Source: a virus (taxonomy: Duplodnaviria; Caudoviricetes). From it: a stretch of 53,681 nucleotides of DNA. Below, piece after piece: positions 1-8,745 of the stretch. A model generated the notes under the pieces. That model did no database searches, was not told the origin of the DNA, and saw only the letters and a list, made by a program, of their open reading frames with translations. A program made the position numbers and the translations under genes. Location: positions 1 to 53,681 of the IMG/VR virus record IMGVR_UViG_3300049448_000145; one strand, 5' to 3'. Numbering within the stretch: the first letter of the stretch is position 1; the number at the start of each line of letters is the position of its first letter.

Positions 1-94
1 CGGGCGTTGGATCGGCTCCGATCACGTTCGCGAACGTTGCCGTCGGTGGCAACACGACGGCCGATTGTCTCGCGGGCGTCGCGAACGTGACCGC
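1..94. repeat. Terminal direct repeat copy 1 (identical to 53588-53681)
   Basis: CGGGCGTTGG...AACGTGACCGC is identical at both ends and lies inside a reading frame that continues across the junction. Confidence 0.97.
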
Positions 95-533
95 GCAGAA
101 CCCCGATCACGTCCTGTGCATGGTCGGGATCAACGACCACTTCAACCACGGCGGCACTCCGATTCCGCCCGCGACGTCAGCGGCCAACGTCGCCGCGTAC
201 ATCGCAGGCGTAAAAGCTGTCCGGCCGACCTGCAGATTCCATTTTATCTCGGGACTCTGGTACCTGACCGAGAACTGGCCCGACGGTGTCGGCTCGGACG
301 ACGCGGCCGTCAACGCAACGTTGAATGCGATGAAGGCGACGGTCCAGGCGACGGCCAACTGCGAATGGATGGACATCCGCACGCCGATCTATACCATCGA
401 TGCTCCGCTCTTGAACCCCGGCCACGCCGCCAACGGCATCATGACCCAGGCCGACGGGACGCACCCGAGCAAGCCAGCAGGGCAGGTTGTGATCAGCCAT
501 CGCGTGTGGAATTTGACCACGCTCGGCGTCTGA
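3..533 (+). CDS. SGNH/GDSL hydrolase domain, C-terminal part (continues from 53452 across the circular junction)
   Basis: SGNH blocks: LDGDS (~53500), VGGN, MVGIND, DGTHP; frame is continuous over the junction. Confidence 0.88.
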   Translation, partial: GVGSAPITFANVAVGGNTTADCLAGVANVTAQNPDHVLCMVGINDHFNHGGTPIPPATSAANVAAYIAGVKAVRPTCRFHFISGLWYLTENWPDGVGSDDAAVNATLNAMKATVQATANCEWMDIRTPIYTIDAPLLNPGHAANGIMTQADGTHPSKPAGQVVISHRVWNLTTLGV

Positions 534-546
534 GCAACGAGCACTA

Positions 547-1890
547 ATGCCCCTACTCGAACGCATCCAACTCGATGGAAAGATCGTCGACCGTGAGGAC
601 TTCAACCGCCTTCAGACGGCGATCGAGCGCGCGCTTCACAAGATCCAGACAGGCGTGAATTCAAACAGCCTCACGATCGACAACTTCATCACCGGCGGGT
701 CGGCGACGCCCGGGCCGGCCGGCGCGCGCGGCGTCGATGGGCGCGATGGTGAGGACGGCGACATGGGCCTGCAGGGCTTCCCCGGTCTCGCGGGTCTCGC
801 GGGACGCGTGGGTCGCGACGGCATCGACGGCCAGGACGGCGACGACGTCAGCCCGGCGATCCCCGACGGCATCGGGATGTCACGGGCGCAGTTTTGGATT
901 TCCACGCCGGACGTGTCGGCACCCAACGGCGTCAATATGGGGGCGCTCGGCACGGGGCCGCTCCAGCAGACCGTGACGGCCGGCGTCGCCATCCCCAGCG
1001 TGTTCGCATGGCCGCTCGCGAATCGCGTGATGACCAGCTCGGGCACGACAACGGCGCCCCTTGGCAACGCCGCCTTTCAGTTCGACGTGTCCGGGACGCG
1101 CGTTCTATTCATGGGAGCTGGATCGTCGCAGTCGTGGGCGAATGTCGGCAACCTCGGTGATGCGAACACGGATCGGATAACGGCCTCGTGGGCGGCGAAT
1201 CTATGGACGCTCAAGAGCGAGGCGACCGGCACCGGCACGGTGCGGTCGATGAAGATCGACGCCGGCACGGCGACGCTGACGCTGAATGCGTCCGCCGGGC
1301 TGACGTTCACGTCAACCAGCATCTCGATCACGAGCGAGAGCGGCGGCACCGGCCACAACCTGACGATCAACGGGAACAACAGCGACAGCCTTCTGTCCAG
1401 CTCGCAGTGGGACGCGGTCACGTTCCTCACAACTCACAATTCCAGCATCGTTGCGAACAACACGATGACGGTCACGGGGTCGCCGACCCTGGCCAGCGCG
1501 ACGTCGCTCGTCGCGGATGCGGTGAAGCTATCAGCGGGGATCACGCTGACAGGCACGACCGCAGTCACCACCGCGACCGGATTAAATGCCGTGGTTGTAC
1601 CGCGTCCAGGCATCGTCCTTGGCAATGCGGGCTCCGTCACGATCAGCTTCGCGGCATCGGTCTACATCGCCAATGCTCCACTGGCGGGCACGGGGATCAT
1701 CATCACGAACGGCTATGCCCTTTGGGTCGACGCCGGCAGTGTTCGTATCGACGGCTCTGTCGCGCTCGGCGGCGGGGCGGCGGCAACGCTGGGCACAATC
1801 GGAGGCAGCGGGCCGACGGCCGCGGCGCAGGCGAAGTGGATCCCTCTCAACAGCGACGGAACGCAGTATTTCGTGGCTGCATGGTCATGA
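547..1890 (+). CDS. Tail fibre / spike with collagen-like Gly-X-Y segment
   Basis: GPAGARGVDGRDGEDGDMGLQGFPGLAG... followed by a Thr/Ala/Gly/Ser-rich beta-type region; lies at end of structural module. Confidence 0.75.
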   Translation: MPLLERIQLDGKIVDREDFNRLQTAIERALHKIQTGVNSNSLTIDNFITGGSATPGPAGARGVDGRDGEDGDMGLQGFPGLAGLAGRVGRDGIDGQDGDDVSPAIPDGIGMSRAQFWISTPDVSAPNGVNMGALGTGPLQQTVTAGVAIPSVFAWPLANRVMTSSGTTTAPLGNAAFQFDVSGTRVLFMGAGSSQSWANVGNLGDANTDRITASWAANLWTLKSEATGTGTVRSMKIDAGTATLTLNASAGLTFTSTSISITSESGGTGHNLTINGNNSDSLLSSSQWDAVTFLTTHNSSIVANNTMTVTGSPTLASATSLVADAVKLSAGITLTGTTAVTTATGLNAVVVPRPGIVLGNAGSVTISFAASVYIANAPLAGTGIIITNGYALWVDAGSVRIDGSVALGGGAAATLGTIGGSGPTAAAQAKWIPLNSDGTQYFVAAWS

Positions 1891-1900
1891 GGTGCCAGCA

Positions 1901-2281
1901 ATGAAATTCGGGATCACGAAGTTCGAGAAGTTCGCGTTGACGTCACACCTCGTCGGCCTGCCATCGCCCAATCCAGAGTACGCCCGGAAGCGCCTGCGAA
2001 CCTGGGACGAACTCGGCGTCACCGCCCTGGCCGACGCGCTGGCGACGGGTGCCGCCGGATTCGGGATGCAGATCCAGGCGTCCGACTGGGCCGACGGAAA
2101 AACGCACGTCCTCATCGACATCAACGAAGACGTGATGGTGCACCTGATCGGCGCGCTCGGCGGGCAACTCTCGGGCCTCTGGTCGGACGTGCTGACGCGG
2201 CTCCATGAACGGCTGGAGCGACTACGAGACAAGACGTACGAACTTCCGCGCGAGCTGCGCACCGAAACGGTAACGGAGTAA
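1901..2281 (+). CDS. Hypothetical protein, possible fibre chaperone
   Basis: ATG with GAGG RBS (MKFGITKFEK...); directly follows the fibre gene. Confidence 0.6.
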   Translation: MKFGITKFEKFALTSHLVGLPSPNPEYARKRLRTWDELGVTALADALATGAAGFGMQIQASDWADGKTHVLIDINEDVMVHLIGALGGQLSGLWSDVLTRLHERLERLRDKTYELPRELRTETVTE

Positions 2282-2293
2282 CGGAGGGCTATC

Positions 2294-2626
2294 ATGGGAC
2301 TTCCCGCACGAATCTTCGGCCCGGCGCTTGTGGCGACGGGACCGGCCACCGTTTTCACCGCCGCCGCCAACGAGCGCGTGCGGCAGATCTACATATGGGT
2401 CTCGAACCCGACGGCGTCAGCCGTGAACTTCACCGCCTCGATCGGCGCCGACGCCGCGGGCACGCGCATCATCGGCACCAACGCCACCGTCGGAAACATC
2501 CCGGCGAACAGCACGCAGCAATTCGGGCCGTTCGTGATGCATCCGTCGGAGATCCTGACCGTCTCGGCGAGCACCAACAACGTCCTCAACGCCAGCGGCT
2601 ATGGAGATCGGAACCTGGTTTCGTAG
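2294..2626 (+). CDS. Small beta-rich virion protein (putative)
   Basis: GGAGGG RBS; beta-strand-rich 110 aa. Confidence 0.6.
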   Translation: MGLPARIFGPALVATGPATVFTAAANERVRQIYIWVSNPTASAVNFTASIGADAAGTRIIGTNATVGNIPANSTQQFGPFVMHPSEILTVSASTNNVLNASGYGDRNLVS

Positions 2627-2633
2627 TTCACCG

Positions 2634-2909
2634 ATGTCTGATGACCTACGCCCCAAGTCAAACCTGCTCGCGATCATCGGCTGTCTTGCCGGGGTCGCGG
2701 GCATTGCTTGGGGCATCGCGCGATGGGCAGCGACCACGCCGACGCGCGAAGAATTCAACGCCAGCCGTGACGAGATCGTTCGCGTCCGATTGGAGCTTCC
2801 CGTCATGAACGCGAGGATCGAACGCGTGGATCAGTCGCAACAGCGCGTCGAGAAGGCGATCGAGCGCATCGAAAACAAGCAGGACGAGGCGTCGAGAAAA
2901 CGCCGGTGA
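2634..2909 (+). CDS. Membrane-anchored coiled-coil protein (lysis module)
   Basis: One N-terminal TM segment (LLAIIGCLAGVAGIAWGIA) then a heptad-like charged helix. Confidence 0.6.
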   Translation: MSDDLRPKSNLLAIIGCLAGVAGIAWGIARWAATTPTREEFNASRDEIVRVRLELPVMNARIERVDQSQQRVEKAIERIENKQDEASRKRR

Positions 2910-2915
2910 AGGATC

Positions 2916-3248
2916 GTGGAAGATGAAACGGATGGCTCTCGCGGTGGGGGCTCTTTCGACCACAACGACCTCAAGGCCGTCGGAGACGCGCTCAAAGACG
3001 CCGGCCGTGGACTTATTGGCTTTGGAGCGGACTATCCGTACCTTGACGCGGCTGAGCGCGAAGTACGCCTCCAGCGGGTCGGGAGAATCCTCGCGCTAAT
3101 GAACGCCGTGTGGCCACAGATGGACGCGGCGATCAAGGCGGACGCGCGTGCGCCGATCGCGAACCACGAACGGGACGCGCGGAACTATCACATCGACCGG
3201 CTGTTCAAGCTGTTCGAGAACGTCACGAAAAAAGGGGACGCAACATGA
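2916..3248 (+). CDS. Hypothetical protein
   Basis: GAAGGA RBS; stop overlaps next ATG. Confidence 0.55.
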   Translation: MEDETDGSRGGGSFDHNDLKAVGDALKDAGRGLIGFGADYPYLDAAEREVRLQRVGRILALMNAVWPQMDAAIKADARAPIANHERDARNYHIDRLFKLFENVTKKGDAT

Positions 3249-3457
3249 ACCAAACTGTCATCGGCTGGCTGGCTGTTCTGGGCGCGGGCGCCACCGCTGC
3301 GGGTGGGACGCTCGCCGCAGGGCCGCTCAACAAACAGACCGTGATCATCGCGTCGATGGCGTTCCTGGCCGCGTGCGGGTCAGCGGCGCGAGCGCTCTAC
3401 AACACGAAGCCTGGGGACGCGATCCCGCCGGCGCAGAAGAAGGACGGCGCCGCGTGA
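3245..3457 (+). CDS. Putative holin (2 TM)
   Basis: 70 aa, two hydrophobic segments, charged C-tail, upstream of endolysin. Confidence 0.6.
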   Translation: MNQTVIGWLAVLGAGATAAGGTLAAGPLNKQTVIIASMAFLAACGSAARALYNTKPGDAIPPAQKKDGAA

Positions 3458-3648
3458 AAGCCGCCGCGATCGCCACCGCCGTGACGCTGCTGGGGCTGGC
3501 CGCGATCTTCGCGAGTTGCGGCCACGGCACGCCGCCCGATCCGAACGACCCGACGGCGCCGCCGCCGTCCGTGATGCTGCCACGGGACCCGCTGGCGCCA
3601 CCGTTCACACCTTTCTATCAACGCACCGACGGAGGAATGAAATCATGA
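3454..3648 (+). CDS. Pro-rich lipoprotein (o-spanin-like)
   Basis: Signal peptide with lipobox FASC, Pro-rich body, DGG near C-terminus. Confidence 0.6.
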   Translation: MKAAAIATAVTLLGLAAIFASCGHGTPPDPNDPTAPPPSVMLPRDPLAPPFTPFYQRTDGGMKS

Positions 3649-3950
3649 GAACCATCGCCGCTCTCCTGCTCGCCGCCACGCTGGCGCTATCCTGCTCCCA
3701 CGTCGTTCCGATCGTGAAGGACTGCGGCGCGCAGACCGTCGCGGGATTGATCGACGACGTCAACACCGCGCTCTCGACCGGGGATTATGTCGCCGAGATG
3801 GCGAAGCTCGTCGGCAACTTCGGCGAGTGCGCGATCGTCGCCGCGGTCAAAGAGGTCGCGAACAAGGCCAGCGTCCGCGGCCAGGTCGATGACCTCGAGG
3901 CTCTCAAGGCGCAGCGCGCGCGGGCGTGGCTGGCGGATCACGGCGGATGA
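3645..3950 (+). CDS. Lipoprotein (lysis module)
   Basis: MRTIAALLLAATLALSC lipobox, GGAGG RBS, helical body. Confidence 0.65.
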   Translation: MRTIAALLLAATLALSCSHVVPIVKDCGAQTVAGLIDDVNTALSTGDYVAEMAKLVGNFGECAIVAAVKEVANKASVRGQVDDLEALKAQRARAWLADHGG

Positions 3951-4636
3951 CACAGATCGCCGTCGTCAATCGTTCGGGCCTTGCGGACGCAGACGTCGCG
4001 CTGATGTGCGACGCCTGCGATCAGCAAGTCACCGAGGCCGCGCAGGCCTGGGGCGTGACGCCGACGCCGGTCGTCTTCTACGCCGGCGCGGACGGCCTCC
4101 CCGCGGTCGAGTGCCGGATCATGCTGATCGTCGACTCGCTGGACATGCCAGGGGCGCTTGGCGTGCACATGGACGACATCGGCGCGATCCACGGGTTCGT
4201 GCTCAACCAGGGCCCCGTCGACACGTGCGTGACGCTGTCGCACGAGTGCCTGGAGATGCTCGTCGACCCGACGTGTACCGGATGGCGGTCGCTGGGCGGC
4301 GGGCGAGACATCGCGCTCGAGGCGTGCGACCCCGTGCAGGCGGACAGCTATGCGCAGCGGGCGACCGTGGGCGAGCTCGCGCGCGACATGTGGCTGTCTA
4401 ACTACGTCCTACCCCGGTACTTCGACCCGGCCGGCGTGGGTGGGTTCGACCGCATGGGCAAGCTCGACGCGCCGCTGTCGATGAGCCCCGGCGGCTATCA
4501 GATCGTCCGGGAGAAGACAGGCGACGTCGTCAACATCTTCGCCCGCACGCGCATCGGTGACACGGCGGGGCGGCTCAACGTCGCGGCGAAAGTGTTGCGG
4601 CCAGGGTCGCGGACGCTTCGGAGGCTTCGAGGATGA
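3947..4636 (+). CDS. Zincin-like putative metallohydrolase (HExxE)
   Basis: LGVH ... TLSHECLEMLVDP ... EACDPV motifs. Confidence 0.55.
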   Translation: MTQIAVVNRSGLADADVALMCDACDQQVTEAAQAWGVTPTPVVFYAGADGLPAVECRIMLIVDSLDMPGALGVHMDDIGAIHGFVLNQGPVDTCVTLSHECLEMLVDPTCTGWRSLGGGRDIALEACDPVQADSYAQRATVGELARDMWLSNYVLPRYFDPAGVGGFDRMGKLDAPLSMSPGGYQIVREKTGDVVNIFARTRIGDTAGRLNVAAKVLRPGSRTLRRLRG

Positions 4637-5082
4637 GCCTCCCCGACGGTCGACATTTCACGCCAGCGGATTTCGCCTGCCGAGATAAAGATCGGACGCC
4701 GTATCCGGAAGAGTGGGCGGACCGCTGGGCGCTGATCGTCGACCTCTGCGACGCGATCCGCGACCTCTGGGGCGGGCCGCTGATCGTGCAGAGCGGATAC
4801 CGGACGCCGGCCCACAACGCAGAGCTGATCATCGCTGACGCGGGGAAGGGCGCGCACGGCGTCGCGTCCTCGAGCCAGCATGTCGAGGGGAACGCCGCCG
4901 ACCTCAGGACGAGCCGCGGGGCGTTCGACGTGCCGCACCTCTATCGCGTCGTGATCACGGCGTACGAGGATGGGAAGCTCTCAGGGCTCGGCGGGCTTGG
5001 GCTCTATCCCGTGAGCGGCTGGGTCCACGTGGACGTGTTCAAGGCCCCGGACGGCCATCTTCGGCGCTGGACCGGCCTGTAA
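4633..5082 (+). CDS. Endolysin, peptidase M15 family
   Basis: SGYRTPAHN, SSQHVEGNAAD and WVHVD zinc-ligand motifs. Confidence 0.88.
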   Translation: MSLPDGRHFTPADFACRDKDRTPYPEEWADRWALIVDLCDAIRDLWGGPLIVQSGYRTPAHNAELIIADAGKGAHGVASSSQHVEGNAADLRTSRGAFDVPHLYRVVITAYEDGKLSGLGGLGLYPVSGWVHVDVFKAPDGHLRRWTGL

Positions 5083-5528
5083 TGCGAGCGCCCAATAAAC
5101 ATCCAGATCCGCGAAGGTTGGCGCAACCGCCTCTGTGCCCGAAGCACGGCACGCCAAAGAGCTACAGAATAGAAGCGAAGCGCGGCGCGAACCACAACGC
5201 TACTGACGGCGTCAGGATTGGCATGGGGTGGCGATGCAAGAAGTGTCACGCCGACAGGGAGATGTCGCGCAAAATGAAGATCAAGTTCGGGACGACATGG
5301 GAGGACTGGTCCCGAATGGCGTCCTTGCAGAAGGGGGCCTGCGCGATTTGCAAACGTGTTCCAAGCGGCGACGGGCGGGACTTGCTGCATCTAGATCATG
5401 ATCACCAGACCGGCCGACCGCGGGCGCTGCTATGTCGCAGCTGCAACTTCGGGATCGGATTTCTGGGTGACAGGATCGAAGATCTGCTGTCGGCCATTGA
5501 GTACCTGCGGCGCTGGACTGGAACGTGA
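5082..5528 (+). CDS. Endonuclease VII-type HNH nuclease
   Basis: CAIC...LHLDHDHQTGRPRALLCRSCNFGIG. Confidence 0.88.
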   Translation: MRAPNKHPDPRRLAQPPLCPKHGTPKSYRIEAKRGANHNATDGVRIGMGWRCKKCHADREMSRKMKIKFGTTWEDWSRMASLQKGACAICKRVPSGDGRDLLHLDHDHQTGRPRALLCRSCNFGIGFLGDRIEDLLSAIEYLRRWTGT

Positions 5529-5529
5529 C

Positions 5530-5730
5530 GTGTCCGGCGACGACACGCCGGACGAAGGTCTCGAACTGCTCGCCGGCTACGAGCCTGGCTTTCGCATCGG
5601 GTATCGCATCGGGATGGCCCGTGCGCTCGAATGCTTCCAACGGGCCCTGATCGAAAGCGGGACTGAGGTTGGGGCGGCATACCTGCTCGCCGAGAGGTTG
5701 CGGCGCTGGATCGCCGCCAACGGGGGCTAG
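5530..5730 (+). CDS. Hypothetical protein
   Basis: GTG start just after previous stop; converges with leftward operon. Confidence 0.5.
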   Translation: MSGDDTPDEGLELLAGYEPGFRIGYRIGMARALECFQRALIESGTEVGAAYLLAERLRRWIAANGG

Positions 5731-5918
5731 CGCGTCCGATCTAGCAGCTCCCGCGCGCCCGCCAGCGTCTTGAGCACGGACTTTCGCGTGTCGTCCCACG
5801 GCTGATCTTTGACCTGTTCCCAGAGGTCGCGAAGCGTGCCCTCCAGCTCGGCAACCATGGCGAACGCTTCGGCACCGTCTCCGATGTATTGGAGCGTCTG
5901 GCGGTTCGGGACGCTCAC
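5727..5918 (-). CDS. Hypothetical protein (leftward operon)
   Basis: GTGA coupling with upstream gene. Confidence 0.55.
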   Translation of the reverse strand: MSVPNRQTLQYIGDGAEAFAMVAELEGTLRDLWEQVKDQPWDDTRKSVLKTLAGARELLDRTR

Positions 5919-6109
5919 GTGAAGTACGACCACCCGTCGGGAACTAGGACCAGCTCGATCGCGTAACAGTCGCGCACGGACTCGCGGATCAGGCTCGACA
6001 GGTCGCAAGCGCGTTCCTTCGCCGCCCGCTCTGTCTCGGCGTCCACGACGACGACGTTCGTGAGCTGCGCCATCCCGCCGCCCTGACCGACGACAACGAG
6101 ATACCTCAC
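5915..6109 (-). CDS. Hypothetical protein (leftward operon)
   Basis: GTGA coupling; MRYLVVVGQGGG... Confidence 0.55.
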   Translation of the reverse strand: MRYLVVVGQGGGMAQLTNVVVVDAETERAAKERACDLSSLIRESVRDCYAIELVLVPDGWSYFT

Positions 6110-6315
6110 GCTGCCTCGTCCACGTCCGTCGCCAGCAGCCGCCGTGCCTGTTCCACCGTGATGAGCGGCATGTATTCGCCCGCCAGCCCTGACATCAGGC
6201 CCACGCGGCGCCACGGGGAGACGTCGTTGGCGGGCAGCGGCTCCAGGCGAACCACGTCGGCGCCGTTCGGCGCGGCGGCTTCGTCGATCACGATGTGCAG
6301 GTTGCGGTCCATCAC
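6106..6315 (-). CDS. Hypothetical protein (leftward operon)
   Basis: AAAGGGG RBS. Confidence 0.55.
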   Translation of the reverse strand: MMDRNLHIVIDEAAAPNGADVVRLEPLPANDVSPWRRVGLMSGLAGEYMPLITVEQARRLLATDVDEAA

Positions 6316-6458
6316 TTCCCCTTTCTGGCATCTTTCAAGCGCTTCACCTTTTCTTTAGCAGCGGGGCGAGCACCGGGCGCACGTTCCCGGCCCGGTCTTC
6401 TTCGAGGATGACGTGTCCCCGGGCGTTGTCATTGTGGTGGTTCATGGCGGATTCCTTC

Positions 6459-6644
6459 CTACGCGTCGGCCTCCTGCGGCTGTTTTGATCCGCCGGCTGC
6501 CGCTCGGCAAACCATGCGCACCCAGGCGCTCAGTGAAAGGCCCTTCGCTTTCGCCGTCGCGGTCCAGCGCGCCAGCTCGGCGGGGTCTTCGATCAGGTTG
6601 AGGCGTCCTGGCGTCTCGCCCTTCTTGCGGCGTGGGTCCGGCAT
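6459..6644 (-). CDS. Ribbon-helix-helix-like DNA-binding protein, candidate repressor
   Basis: RLNLIE strand followed by ELARWTATAKAKGLSLSAWVRMVC helices; first gene of leftward operon. Confidence 0.65.
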   Translation of the reverse strand: MPDPRRKKGETPGRLNLIEDPAELARWTATAKAKGLSLSAWVRMVCRAAAGGSKQPQEADA

Positions 6645-6651
6645 GACCAAG

Positions 6652-6681
6652 ACGGTAGACACGGAACCGGCGCATGGTCAA
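6652..6681 (-). promoter_or_regulatory. Sigma70-type promoter, leaderless, driving the RHH gene
   Basis: TTGACC-N18-TACCGT-N7-ATG on the minus strand; no Shine-Dalgarno. Confidence 0.65.
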
Positions 6682-6736
6682 CGACAAACGCACGTAGCGA
6701 CCATGTAAATCAGACGTATAACAGGCGTGGCGGGTG

Positions 6737-6857
6737 CGTAACGGATTGCGCGGTGATTACCGCGGACTTACGTGTTACGTGCGTAAGACACCGCGCAGTC
6801 TGACGTAACGCATACATACTCGACCCAATGGTTACGCGGACTTAAATCTTACGTAAG
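6737..6857. promoter_or_regulatory. Cluster of TTACG/CGTAA half-sites (operator or UAS)
   Basis: 8 half-sites in ~120 bp, including CTTACG-N9-CGTAAG (6767-6787) and palindrome CTTACGTAAG (6848-6857); GCGGACTTA occurs twice. Confidence 0.55.
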
Positions 6858-6859
6858 GT

Positions 6860-6875
6860 TGGCGTAGCGTTTGCT
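6860..6875 (+). promoter_or_regulatory. Sigma54 (-24/-12) type promoter for the early rightward operon
   Basis: TGGCGTAGCGTTTGCT fits TGGCAC-N5-TTGCW with correct GG/GC spacing; predicted TSS ~6886, ATG at 6888. Confidence 0.65.
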
Positions 6876-6887
6876 CTATATGGGGAC

Positions 6888-7130
6888 ATGACCAACACAA
6901 CGACGGCCCGGCGGTTCTGGTTCTTCAACAAGGCGAACAGGATGATGGTCGGCGGGCTGGACTTCGAGTCTTTCGCCGACGCGCGCGCCTGCGCGGCTCG
7001 GTACAACAAGGACGGCCCGCACGCCACGATGGGCTACGTCGAGTTCATCTCGGACGCCCCGACGATCGCCGGTGGCCGGGTGACCACGGTGGCCGCCCCC
7101 TCCCAGATGACGCTCTCGGATGCCGCCTAA
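6888..7130 (+). CDS. Hypothetical early protein
   Basis: First ORF after the sigma54-like promoter. Confidence 0.6.
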   Translation: MTNTTTARRFWFFNKANRMMVGGLDFESFADARACAARYNKDGPHATMGYVEFISDAPTIAGGRVTTVAAPSQMTLSDAA

Positions 7131-7352
7131 ATGCGCCGCCCCCCGCTGGCCTCCCGCCGCCCGCCGAGCTACCCGATTCGCGCCCGCCTCTGGCGCCTCC
7201 GCATCGCGGCCCTTGCTGAGACCAACCGTCTCAAGTACGCCTTGACCATGCAGGCGGTCGGAGAGGGCGTCCCCGAGGTAGTCGAGGGCGACGCGACGGT
7301 CAGGCTGCCGCGGGAGACGATGACCGAGGTGGTGTTCGGGAGGGCGGCCTGA
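7131..7352 (+). CDS. Hypothetical protein
   Basis: Abuts previous stop. Confidence 0.45.
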   Translation: MRRPPLASRRPPSYPIRARLWRLRIAALAETNRLKYALTMQAVGEGVPEVVEGDATVRLPRETMTEVVFGRAA

Positions 7353-7417
7353 TGTTGACCTCCGGTGACAATGAGACGGGGTACGATTCTGGGTTCGACA
7401 CGGACAAGGAGACGACG

Positions 7418-7798
7418 ATGACGACGCAGACGACGCAGACGTTTACGCACAAGGGCAGCGAGGTTGCGGTGCTGGTTCGCGGATCGCTGGAACACGTGTC
7501 GCAGTTCGACGCGCTGACACCTAGCGGCGCCGGTCTGGCTTCTGGCAGCGCTGCCTACGCGAAGACCGACAAACGCCACCAGACGGCCCGGTGGCGTGAT
7601 CTGTACGCTGCGCTGGCGTCCCGGAACGTCGCGGCGCTCCTGCTGGCGTCTCGGCGCCTGCCTTCCGTTCGCGTGACCCTGGACGCTTCGGAGCGCCTGA
7701 ACCCCAACTACGGCCTTACGGTGTCGCTGGGCAATTGGCGGTTGTTTTGCGCGCCCGTGGTCGAATCTGAGGTGACCGGCTCGCACAGAATCAGCTAA
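7418..7798 (+). CDS. Hypothetical protein
   Basis: AAGGAG RBS before ATG 7418; flanked by AAGGAGACGA repeats. Confidence 0.55.
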   Translation: MTTQTTQTFTHKGSEVAVLVRGSLEHVSQFDALTPSGAGLASGSAAYAKTDKRHQTARWRDLYAALASRNVAALLLASRRLPSVRVTLDASERLNPNYGLTVSLGNWRLFCAPVVESEVTGSHRIS

Positions 7799-7930
7799 GG
7801 AGACGAGTAAATAACGCCGCCGCCGAGCGCTGAGAACGCCCGACGACGGCTGACCCGAGCCGACCAAACCGGCTCCGAGCTGGGCGCGAGTGTCGCCGAG
7901 TCGGGGCCTTCCAATCAAGGAGCCCGACCG

Positions 7931-8251
7931 ATGCAGACCGTCGTTTACCTGAGCCGCTTCCGCGACAGCCTCACCCCCGGCGCGATTCCGCTGGTCGAGG
8001 AGTTCGACCACCAGTTCCGCGCCGAGTCGGCCCCGCTGATCGAAGTCATCTCGATCCACCGCCACGGCCGCGAGGACGGCCGCTACCTCGTCTTCGAGTG
8101 GTCCTGGGACTCGCAGATCCAGGAGTGGCGGCAGACCTCGGTGACGAACGTCGCGTCGCTGGCGAACGCGCGCGAGTACGTCCCGGGAGGGTTCGAGCGG
8201 CTGCTGGTCCCGCCGACCTTCGGGATCGAAGCCTGGAAGGTGGTGCGCTGA
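7931..8251 (+). CDS. Hypothetical protein
   Basis: AAGGAG RBS, typical codon usage. Confidence 0.6.
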   Translation: MQTVVYLSRFRDSLTPGAIPLVEEFDHQFRAESAPLIEVISIHRHGREDGRYLVFEWSWDSQIQEWRQTSVTNVASLANAREYVPGGFERLLVPPTFGIEAWKVVR

Positions 8252-8742
8252 TGCCCGCCCTCGCGAGAGACCCGATGAAGCGACGCCCGCTGCTTCTCCA
8301 GATCCACGACGCGATCCTCTGGTGCGCCAAGCAGGGCATCCCGGTCGCCCCCGACGTCATCGGCGTCACCTGCGTCTCCCAGCAGCACAAGCGCTGGGCG
8401 CGGGACGAGCGCTCGCCGGCGGTGTCGCCGCTCGGAGCCGTCATCCTCCACCGCCAGCCGCCGAGCGCCGACCCCTACAAGGCCGCCGCGATCGCGCTGG
8501 ACGACTGCGGGCTGGCCTTCATCGGTGGGGTCGAGGACGGGCTGACCCGGACCACGCCGAGCGCCGAGATGCTGTCATCGGCCCGCCGCGCCCTCTACAT
8601 CCAGGGAACGCAGCTCGGGGCCTGGCTGCGCTCCGAGCTGGTCGACAAGCGGTGCCCGGTGCACGGGCGGTTCATGCCCGCCGCGATCGTCTGCGCGATC
8701 TGCTCGGAAACTGCGGACGGCGACGAGAAGGGGGAAGGGTAG
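8251..8742 (+). CDS. Hypothetical protein with C-terminal CPVH...CAIC zinc ribbon
   Basis: TGATG coupling; Cys/His motif. Confidence 0.55.
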   Translation: MPALARDPMKRRPLLLQIHDAILWCAKQGIPVAPDVIGVTCVSQQHKRWARDERSPAVSPLGAVILHRQPPSADPYKAAAIALDDCGLAFIGGVEDGLTRTTPSAEMLSSARRALYIQGTQLGAWLRSELVDKRCPVHGRFMPAAIVCAICSETADGDEKGEG

Positions 8743-8745
8743 GTC

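Noticed and set aside
1-94. 94-bp repeat as a biological terminal repeat
   Set aside because: It falls in the middle of the SGNH coding frame; more simply an assembler overlap of a circular or permuted genome
7355-7387. Sigma70 promoter TTGACC...TACGAT before gene 7418
   Set aside because: Spacer is 21 bp, too long to call with confidence
7799-7930. Ribozyme or ncRNA in the intergenic gap
   Set aside because: Only a short GAGCCG/CGGCTC hairpin; hammerhead core incomplete (no GAAA)
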